A DNA stretch of 62,894 nucleotides, filler included, from Folioceros fuciformis (lineage: Eukaryota), in assembly GCA_049999805.1 (NCBI GenBank). It is 6 parts of 6 records of this genome, joined end to end, with 100 filler letters (N's around TTAATTAATTAA, not from the genome) between each part and the next. Parts side by side here need not be neighbours in the genome. Positions count along the whole stretch, not along the records: positions 38,462 to 57,417 come from JBNGIO010001146.1; positions 57,518 to 62,894 come from JBNGIO010001148.1; 4 more parts are not named here. One strand, 5' to 3'. A program made the translations under genes and the position numbers. The notes under the pieces were generated by a model. It was given only the letters and a program-made list of their open reading frames with translations. It did not search any database and was not told where the DNA came from. Position 1 is the first letter of the stretch. Each line of letters opens with the position of its first letter. Below, piece after piece: positions 53,501 through 62,894 of the stretch.

Positions 53501-54880
53501 TCCACAGCCTATGCGTACATACCTAAACAGAAACGACGTAAGCTTGATGATAGGGTGAGGCCCTTATTGTTTCTTGGTTATTCTGAGGTGTCTAAGGCGT
53601 ATAAGCTATACGAGCCAGCAACCAGGAAAGTGGTTTGAGCTCGTAGTGTTACCTTTGACGAGCTTTTGTCACCACGGAAGAGTTTGAAAACTCATTCTGA
53701 TTCCGATGGAGAAGGGATGTCCCAAGGACTGGGTAATGATGTTGCAAGTGATGATAATGCGGCAGACTTACATGTTGGTTTCCTAGATAAGCAGGAGGTA
53801 TAATCTGATTCCTCTGGTTCAGTGCTGGATGATGATGAGGGTGTGCTCCCTATCACAGAAGTGGGAGCAACTGAATTAGACGCTGCTTCCGAATCTCATT
53901 GCCCTACGAGGGACAGACGACCTCCTGAGCAATGGTCTGAGCCCCCATATCAGTCTACAGACTTTAGAAGGGGATCACAAGCACATGTAGCAGATTTTTC
54001 TGTACCTGAAGTTTGGCCTGATCCTGTGACATATGATGAAGCCATCAATGGCCCTGATGGCCTTCATTGGCACAAATCTATTGATGATGAGTATGCTTCA
54101 CTCATTAAGAGCAAAACGTGGGAGTTGGTCGACTTACCTAAAGGTAGGAAACCCATTAGCTGTAAATGGGTATTTAGACCAAACTCAAGGCCGATGGAAC
54201 TATTGCCCGTTATAAGTCACGACTGGTGGCTAGAGGATTCAGCCATATTCTTGGAATTGATTACGGTGATACCTTTTCAGCGGTTGTCAAACCTCCTTCA
54301 ATTCGCATACTGCTTGCAATGGCAGCTGAGTATGACTTGGAGGTACAACAAATGGACGTGTGCACTGCGTTTTTGCACGGAGAACTTGAGGAGACACTCT
54401 ACATGGATCAACCACAAGGGTACATTAGTCCAAAAACTTCCAGGAAAGTCTGCAAGTTGTTAAAGACAATATACGGTCTTAAGCAGTCCCCACGTGCATG
54501 GTACAAACGAATTATGAAGTATTTATGCAAACTCGGGTTCACTCAATCACCTACAGACACTAATGTGTTTTACCTGGCTAATGGCTCTTTGTTTGTAATT
54601 CTCGCCTTATATGTTGACGACTGTGTGCTCCTGAGCAATAGCACTAGTCAGCTTGACAAGGTAAAGGACATGTTACGCCATGAATTTGAGATGACCGACC
54701 AGGGTGATCTATAGTTTTGCCTGGGTATACAGATCCTGAGACGCAGAACACATGGTCAGATTGTCTTGCATCAAACGAAATACTTAAAGGAAATTCTTAA
54801 GCGTTTTCACCTTGATGGTGCTAAACCCGTTGCAACTCCCTCTGCCGTGGGGGAAAAGTTAACAGCAGATATGTCTCCTC

Positions 54881-54899
54881 GGGTTTAGGGTTTAGGGTT
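54881..54899. repeat. Interstitial telomeric tract inside copia RT
   Basis: GGGTTTAGGGTTTAGGGTT between codons for DMSP and ELEDMQDIPY. Confidence 0.85.
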
Positions 54900-55030
54900 C
54901 GTGAGTTAGAGGATATGCAGGACATCCCTTATTCAGAGGCAGTTGGCTGTTTAATTTACCTCTTGAATTGGACTCGGCCAAATATTAGCTATACTGTGTC
55001 TATTGTGTCCCAGTTCCTGAAGTCCCCTGG

Positions 55031-56319
55031 TGTGGAGTGAAACTTGCACCCAAGAACCACCAAAGGGCCACACTTCCCCTTATTATCGTTGCAGTCTTAT
55101 GATTCGCTCCCAAGGGAGTGAACTAATGTCAAGGTTACCTACATCTCCCTAATCTCACCCTATCTATCAGCATATACCAAGTGCTACAGCAATAGGTCAG
55201 AAGTCTCGGTCCTGTCTTCGGCTCCTACCACAACACCAACCCCAGCCTCAACAAAATGAGAACTCCAGCATTGTCTTCAGCCCTCATTTCCAGCTCTAAG
55301 TATCAATCACTTCAGTGCTAAGAGGAGGCTCCAGCCCCAAGTCTGGCCTCCAACTCTCAGCACCTAGTGCTAGCTACCTCCGCAGCTGAACGAGAACCTC
55401 AACTTCAGCTAGCTCCTCACTCCAACTTCAACACTTCATTCCACCACTTCAGCACTTCACTTCAGCACTTCAGTCCTTCACTTCAGCACTTCACTTCACC
55501 CTCCAGCCCCTCACTTCAGCTCAACTCCTCACTTCAACACTTCCACTTCTAAAATCTGCAACTCAACCCTTCTCTCCTGCAATTTGGAACACAACAGCCT
55601 TCCCTCTTGCAGCCTTCAAGGCAAAGGCGAGGCCTAGGGCTAGGTAGCCTCCTTGGCTCACGGCCCTGCAACCTCACCTCAGCCAGCATGCAAGGTGGTC
55701 AGCCATTGCGGATCCGGCCACACGAATCTTGGCAGTCTTGGGATCCTCCACGTTCCCCTAGTGGCAAGGGAAATCAAGACCTTGGTTTAGTCTCAACCAG
55801 CTCAGCGCCCTAAGCCAGGAGTTCTGCACCCAAGGTCCAGGGAAATCGCACCGTAGACAGCCCCCTCCTCAATGGCAGGTCTAGCCTCTTATACTACCTT
55901 GGCCCAAACCTCCATCTCTATCTATTAGGGTTAGCCTCAGTCAACCACCCAGCAATCTCTCTCTGACCTAAGCTGCCCCTAATTCTGACCTAACCCTAAC
56001 TTTGACCCAAACCTAGTTCTGACCTGAAAGGGGTTGTGTCCCATGGACACCACTGGGTGCCCTTACCAAAATTGACCAACCTCTCAAGACTACCAAAATG
56101 GTCAGTGCCTCTCAACCCTCTCCCTCCTCTCTCAAATCATTCCATCCCTTCTCTGAGATCATTCTAACAACCCTTTAAAGACACATCTCACCTCACCATT
56201 AATCTAGCTACTAATCTAACCTAATCTTTTAACTATTTCACCACATGGTTCACTTAGAGATTCCCAAAAAGAGAAATCCTACCATTTTCCAAGGACCTAT
56301 TCAGCATGTGGAGTCCACA
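55031..56319 (-). mobile_element. 3' LTR of a Ty3/gypsy element nested in the copia RT
   Basis: TGTGGA...TCCACA inverted termini; polypurine tract GAGAAGGGGAGTA (minus strand) at ~56320-56333 directly before the TG. Confidence 0.8.
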
Positions 56320-56353
56320 TACTCCCCTTCTCATTTGTTGGCGTCCTCGCCAA

Positions 56354-57417
56354 CTATTGATAATATTTCTTCACCCGCCAGCCATTAACCCTAGTTGGCA
56401 AGTTAGGGCCGTTGAGGTGCTGCAGTTGGATGGACCCATTCTCATACACTTCCAGCACCCTGTAAGGTCCCATCCATCTCAAGTGCAGCTTACCTGGAAA
56501 GTGCATGTAGCTATTGTCATATAACAAGGTTAAATCTCCAGGCACAACATACTCTTGTTTACGCAACTTCTGGTCGTGCCACTTCTTCCTCCTCTCCTGA
56601 ACATCAAGGAAAACAGCCAAGGCCCGTTCCCTATCCTCATCATGCTGCACAAAACTGGTTAGCCTCTCTAGCTGTCTCTCTTCCACGGGCAATCGATTGC
56701 TCTCCGGCATTCTCAAGTTAGGGACCTCAAATTCGATAGGCATGATCGGTGAGTGTCCATGGGTGAGGTAATAAGGGGTCTGCTGGGTAGTAACCTTCTC
56801 AGCAGTCCTATATGCCCATAAGGCTGAATGGAGCTTCCTATCCCAATCATGAGCATAGGTGACAGTGAGCTTGCCGAGAATCTTGCACAACAGCCCATTA
56901 GCCTTCTCCGTGAGTCCATTGGCCTTCGGGTTGTAGGGAGTGGTCTTCCTATGACTGATATTGAAATATTCAGTCATGTGCTTGACTACTTCATTGATGA
57001 AATGAGTCCCCCTATCACTCACCAGCTCCAACGGGCACCCATACCTTGTGATGATTTGCTCAAACAAAAATCGGGCCACCACATTTGCTGTGTCCACGGG
57101 TAAAGCTTGGGCCTCCACCATGCGTGTGCAGTAGTCAGTTGCCACCAGGATGTATTGGTTCTGCCTTCCCTTAGACTTGGGCTGAATTGGTCCTACAAAA
57201 TCAATCCCCCACTTCTCAAATGGTGCTATGGCTAGGATGGGGACCAATGGCCATTGTGTGGTCCTAGTAGGCTTCCCCACCCTTTAGCATGCATCACACC
57301 TCTTGATGAATTCTCCAGCATCAGCATGCATTGTTGGCCACCAATACCCTGCTGCCAGAATTTTTCTACAGGTCACATGGGCTGCATAATGGCCTCCAGC
57401 CTCTCCCTCATGTAGGG
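56354..57417 (-). pseudogene. Ty3/gypsy (non-chromovirus-like) integrase, cut by contig end
   Basis: H...GGH...C..C zinc finger followed by a stop; PFEKWGIDFVGP, LVSDRGTHF, NGLTEKAN, GPYRV; no chromodomain. Confidence 0.9.
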
Positions 57418-57517
57418 NNNNNNNNNNNNNNNNNNNNNNNNNNNNNNNNNNNNNNNNNNNNTTAATTAATTAANNNNNNNNNNNNNNNNNNNNNNNNNNN
57501 NNNNNNNNNNNNNNNNN
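57418..57517. other. Artificial contig spacer
   Basis: Same 100-bp linker. Confidence 0.99.
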
Positions 57518-58940
57518 TTCCTCAGCAAGAGATCCCACAAGGCAGTTGAGGAAAAGAAAACGAAGAAAACGAAGAAATAATGATATTTTTTAATCAAATT
57601 ATTCCCGTTTGTACTTTCCTAAGATCTGGGTAGAACAAAATGCAAGAGAATATTTTCATTCTTCTGTTATGCATATTGGTTAATAATGAGTGAATGGTGT
57701 TGAAATTATAAAATATTTTAATAAATATAATAAAATCAAAGCTATGTAAGTGTGGGTACATACACCAATGCTTATGGTTATTATATTTTTTGTAAATTAT
57801 TTTATAATGGACTTGAATGGTAATTGCTGGAGGCCGTTCCGTGACGGAAACACGGTCTGGAGGGGTGAGAGTTATTAACGGAGGGTTTGGAACGGAGTGC
57901 GGGCCCCACCCAGCTTAAGCGTACGGTTACTTAGCCGGAGAAGTGGGCAGTGAAGCCGTCCTAAGGAGTCCAGCACGGGCCAGGCGTTGGAGAAGGCCGC
58001 AGGTCTATAAGGTCCCCAAGCCTGCACGGCTCTGCATTGAGGACGGAGGGTAGCCATAATGCGGGTGCTGCTTCTGGTGGCGTTGTTGAGCTGCGTGTGC
58101 TGCTGAATCGTGCATTCCGATACGCCTGATGCCGCCCCACGGGCCTCCAGGGCCGCGGATGAGCGCACTCTTGTGCAGCGTGCCTCGCTCGGATGTGGTT
58201 CCCGTGTCCGGTGCGCTCCAGGCTGCTGCTGCTGCTGCCAGGAAGCGGGGCCCCTGGTGCGGTACAAATTCTGCTGGGACAGCTTCTGCATGCGTTTGAT
58301 TGTGATTGCGTGCTTGGTACCGTGTGGACATGGCACGATCTCCAGCTCGGTCTGTGTGATGGAGTGGCGTTTTTGTTTGTGAGGTTGTGCGGTTTGATCG
58401 CTTGGTGCAGGTAGTGTGTGTGTGAGAGAGAGAGAGTGAGTGAGGAATTTGATTCAGTTTGGTCTGAGCTGGGCGGTCGGGGATTTTGCTCGGCTTGGAG
58501 TCTGCGAGGGAGGGGAGAGCTGTGCGTGACGAAGGAAGGTGGAGGAAGGGGTGTTTTGTGGCGCGGGGCGGTCTTGTGGAGGAGCTGGGGCCGGGGAGTT
58601 TATGTCTAGGGTTGGGTGAGGAGGGTTTGCCTTGGACGTTGGGAATTGAGGAGGCGCTGTTGATGCGCTTGGCTGGTTCGTGTGGCAGGCAACCGTGGTT
58701 CCCGAACAGCAAGCTGAGAGCACGTCGGTGCCTGCCCTCCGCGTGGCTTTTGAAAGAGGGAGGGTGAACGGGGAGTGAAGGTGGTTTGTAATTGCCCGAG
58801 GACGGGGAAGGGTGGAAGAGGAATGAATCACGAGCAAGTGCTTGTTGTGCCAAGTCTGGGGCAGTGGTTTGTGATGGAAGAAGGCTGAGTAGGGGAGAAG
58901 TGGGGTAGGCAATGGACGCGAGTCCAATTGCGGTGAATAG

Positions 58941-61666
58941 ATGGCCCGTCCGCGTATCAGACTGCGCAGCTTGCCGATGCCGACTTTCTCTACGCTTTCC
59001 TTATTGTGTATTTCCGCACTTTCTGCGTTGGCCGTCTTGTCCATACTGTCGGGGCACCTTCCTGACATGGATCAGCTTGTGGAGCACCCGAGCATCGGGC
59101 AAGCCGAGGGCGTTATGGTGGTATATATATGCCTCATCCGTTTGAGTGAATTTGGTGGCTTGAGTTCTCCCTGTCCTGAAGGGTCGTCGTTTTCTCCAAT
59201 CTTATGATAGGGGTGGTTGCCCGATCAGCAGAATGCAGTCTTCCTCTGAGTCGTCTTCTCTGCTTTGGACAGGATGACCAAGAGCTTGATTCTACACATC
59301 AGATTCTAAGGATGTTGAAACAATCATCAGTGAGTCCGTACTTTCCGCATCTCTGTGCCCGAGGTTGTGTCCCTGAGTTTTGGACTTGCCCGTTCTCCGT
59401 TATCGCGGAACTCAGTCAGCAGTGGCATTTACAGGCATGGCAGAATAGTAGAGGTCTGGAGAAGGAGAACTTGTGGATATCAGAACAGGCAAAAGCTTAC
59501 TACGGCTGTTGCACTCCAAGCACCCGGCGCTTGTGTAAGCCCTCAACCTTGATTATGCTGGTAATAGTCGCTGCTACGTTCGTAGTCTTTCCGACTTGGA
59601 ACGGACTTCATTCTGTATCATTGTTTATGCAGCCCCTGAGTCTGGTTCAAACACTAGCGGCTATCTGATCATTGAGGCGAGTGGTGGGCTAAATCAGCAA
59701 AGAATTGGGGTACTGATGCACTGGAAGAACGAAGGGTTGTTCATAATTAGTTGTCTTGATTTTAAGCAGCTTGGAATCCTTGTCAGAAAGGTCGGAATGT
59801 AACTGCTTCCTGGTTTTTCAGATAACGGATGCCGTGGTGGTTGCACGCATCTTGAATGCAACTCTGGTTCTTCCCCACCTAGATCATAACTCCTTCTGGA
59901 AGGACAACAGGTGCCCAACATTTCTCGCTTCAGTTACTTGAAATCGTGACCATCCCTGTTTCCCGCACTGAAGATTGAGAACCCATGCTACTCGCTTTCT
60001 CTGCAGCAACTTCAGTGACATTTTCGATGTGGAATGGTTCATACAAGACCTTGCGGGAGATGTAAGAATTGTGAAGGAGGTGCCATCAGGGATTACAAGT
60101 CGGTCGCGTCATCATCCTGTCTCTTTTAGGGTTCCCAGAAAATGCCTTCCGAGCTATTATACGAACAAGATATTGCCAGCACTGCTGAAAAAGCAGGTAC
60201 GGCGTCATGAGGCATGGTAGCTGGTCTGAAACAAACATGTGATTGGTCTGGCGTGAGGAGAATTCCTGCCGACTTTCTATTGTATGGATTGCGACATTTT
60301 GGCAGGAAGTTATAATGCAGGACGTGATGGATTGCAGGTAATACGCATAAGAAAATTTGACTTCAGGCTTGCCAATAAGTTGGACACAGACTTGCAGAAA
60401 CTCCGCTGTAAAGTGAACTACAACTCATTGCGGTTCACTCAAACCATCTGGGGCATGGGCCGATCTCTCGTGTCACGGATGAGGCAAATGGGCGGGAGAT
60501 ACATCGCGTTGCATCTCAGGTCTGTGCAATGTGGGATCCACCTTTCTCATTGTTTGAGAAGCGTCTGGTGAAGGGTGTCGAGTTTGCTGTTGTGGTGGAA
60601 AGGATCTCAAACATGACACAACTGTCAGGTATGAACCGGACATGCTGGCATTCTCAGGCTGCTACTATGGGGGTGGAGATAAAGAGCGGAAGGAGCTTGG
60701 AGCGATTAGAAAGCGTTGGAAAACTCTTCGTGTGAGCATCTCCCGTAGCCATCGTGTGCGAAGTTTTGCATCCGTTTTAATGTACCTGACATGCTGATAT
60801 GCTCTTGGAATGTGCTTCTGTGGTGAAGCTCCGAAGTCCTGAAAGGGAAAGAAGGAATGGCAAGTGTCCACTCACTCCTCTGGAAGTGGGCTTGATGCTG
60901 AGAGCATTAGGCTTCAGTGGTGATTCCTACTTGTACGTGGCATCTGGTGAGATCTATGGTGGAGAGGAGACGTTGGCACCCCTCAAAATGCTCTTTCCTA
61001 ACTTTGTCACCAAAGAGACACTGGCCAAAGAAGACGAGCTCTCTCCTTTTGCGGGGCATTCATCTCAGATGGCTGCCATCGATTATGTAGTCTGTGATGA
61101 AAGTGACGTGTTTGTCACCAACAACAATGGCAACATGGCTCGGGTCCTTGCCGGCAGGAGGTAGGTATACGCTGGACCCAGGACGTCTTTGGTTCTTCAA
61201 AGGTCAGCATGCCATGGTGGAGTTGTGATGTGGCATGGCCCGTTGTGTGGTCAGGCGATACTTCGGCCACAAGCGGACCATCCGCCCTATCACGAAGAAG
61301 CTAGGCCAGTTGTTCATGGCAAGGTACAGCAGCTGGGAGCAGTTCGCTGTCAAGCTGAGGCACTTGCAAAAGGGCTCCATGGGCGACCCAAATGAAGCGA
61401 GGCCTGGTAGAGGCAGTTTTCACGAGCACCCATGGGACTGCATTTGTCGAACCCGAGGAGCCCTCGAAGGTGTCACAAGAGAAGAACAAGGACGGACGTT
61501 GGAAGAAGACAGTGCCGGGGATACGGAAGGAGAGGAGGATGTGGAGCAGGAGGGCCCGGAGGACGAGCCATCTTTTTTTGACGTGGATGACGTAGGAGCA
61601 GGGTTGGAGAAGAACGATGGGGACAAATTGCGCGCATATGATGCCGACGACCTGTATGTCATATAG
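58941..61666 (+). CDS. O-fucosyltransferase-family (DUF246/GT106) type II membrane glycosyltransferase, multi-exon
   Basis: N-terminal TM; SGGLNQQR, DAVVVARILNATLVLP, ALHLR-YEPDMLAFSGC, GKCPLTPLEVG, AAIDYVVC..SDVFVTNNNGNM, GHKRTIRP. Confidence 0.93.
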
Positions 61667-62894
61667 AGACTAGAGACATTGACCCCAACCAGGGCGGTTA
61701 AGGAGAGCGTAGGGTGAGTGCTCCGGTGTACCGTATGTACGTTGAGAGGCAAATGTGAGGCTGCGGGTGAGCAACCTATGAGAGTGGGCTCGCCCGCTGG
61801 CTTCATACCAGGGATTGGTTGCGGAAGATGGAGAAGCTTTTGCAAGTATTTCGTGACCGATGAGAGCCAAGTGTTTGTGGGTCTAGGAGTGGGAAATAGA
61901 AAGGGAGAAAGTCTGGCCACGGCCCAACAGGCTTGGCCGCGTGTATGTATGGTATGAAAGTTGTGAGGTGCATTATTCTATTCTTGCTGCACGCGCGCGC
62001 ATGATGGACTTTCGTGCGTGGGTGGGGTGGACTTGTCTGCCAGCTTTGCGTTGCAGAAGCGCGGTTTCCGGGAAGTTACCGGCCCCGGGGACAGGCGTGG
62101 TGCCGCGTGGGGAATCGGCTCGGTAGTGTCTGCTGACCGGGCTGCAAGTGCATGAGCCGCTCCATCATTGCGCCATCTTCATTCCATCCGGTGTCCAGCA
62201 TCCGTGTGTTTAAGTTCTCAGTAGAGGGAATGAAGTGGAAGCTTGCAGGACCATTATGGATGATGGAATGGATGGATTCGGTGGAATCCAAACAACTGGG
62301 GTCTGCGCAATAACGAACGAACGAGCCAGCACCCAGCTTGCTTGCGTGTGGGTGTGGGTAGGGGGTGCACCCTACTCGCTGCTCTCTGCTCTTGGCTCAG
62401 CTGTTCTGTTCTGTCCTTCCACCAGTCCCGTCCTGGGGTGAATGATGGGGAGTGAGTGGGGGCCGGTGAAAATCACGGCTCCATCACAGTGGAGACTTGA
62501 CTGCGCTGTGCCCTCTCATCTGGTGCTGTTGGGCGGGCCGGGGCGTTGTACTCAACGCCATTGTTGCACCAGGGAGCCCCGCCCCTGGTGGAACCTGGCT
62601 TCCACTACCCTGTGATAGAGCGTTGTTTTTCCTCGGGACAAGGGCCTAACTCCGTCCATCGGGAGTCGGCAATGGGCCATTTCCCGTTGCCAGATTCGAG
62701 TTGGTGCGGTTGCTGTGGCAGGGATGGAGCATCCGTCCTTCAGGGCATCTCCCACTGAGGGTGCCCATTGGCGGGGGCCCACTTCACTGTGGTGCAGGGA
62801 GTGGGACTCCATCCAGCCACCAACCATGCTCCAAGCATCTGCTGACCTGACCGACACATATTGCTCATATCTTGGGGCAATCATCGGTTTGGCG

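Larger units (their letters stand above)
50570..55030 (+). mobile_element. Degenerate Ty1/copia retrotransposon (gag, integrase, RT), interrupted
   Basis: gag FDG..NYESW..MKA.L...VWE; LWHARLGH; integrase DDYSR, QQNGVAERKN; RT QMDV.TAFLHG, YGLKQSPRAW, LYVDD. Multiple stops and frameshifts. Confidence 0.93.

Noticed and set aside
58005..58853. 282-aa minus-strand ORF
   Set aside because: Pro/Ser-rich translation of the microsatellite-containing upstream region of the O-fucosyltransferase; no family signal.

Overview
Eukaryotic (land-plant) nuclear DNA made of six unlinked contigs joined by artificial 100-bp spacers (44 N + TTAATTAATTAA + 44 N) at 16165, 25507, 33404, 38362 and 57418. Short (~80-100 bp) GT-AG introns, Arabidopsis-type telomere repeats and PPR-DYW genes with KPAxA/HAE/GRP signatures suggest a hornwort (Anthoceros-like); this is an inference. 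Apparently intact genes: plastid Hsp70, GDPD, peroxisomal NAD carrier PXN, an ARGOS-like protein, an intronless AT-rich sugar transporter (STP), CDC48 (split across contigs), a large coiled-coil protein, an ATL RING-H2 ligase, an RPW8/CC-like NB-ARC-LRR gene and an O-fucosyltransferase-family gene. Decayed or rearranged material: a ~5.8-kb hAT transposon with long inverted ends, a CDC48 3' duplicate, a GH116/GBA2 pseudogene, a PSF2-derived chimera, two DYW:KP (U-to-C editing type) PPR pseudogenes, and nested copia/gypsy retroelements. The contig starting at 38462 begins with (CCCTAAA)n and looks subtelomeric. I found no clearly new multi-gene system. The strongest leads are the DYW:KP-NLR-DYW:KP subtelomeric block, a telomere tract inside a copia RT, the compositionally alien STP island with a perfect palindrome at a duplication breakpoint, and the PSF2-derived chimera.
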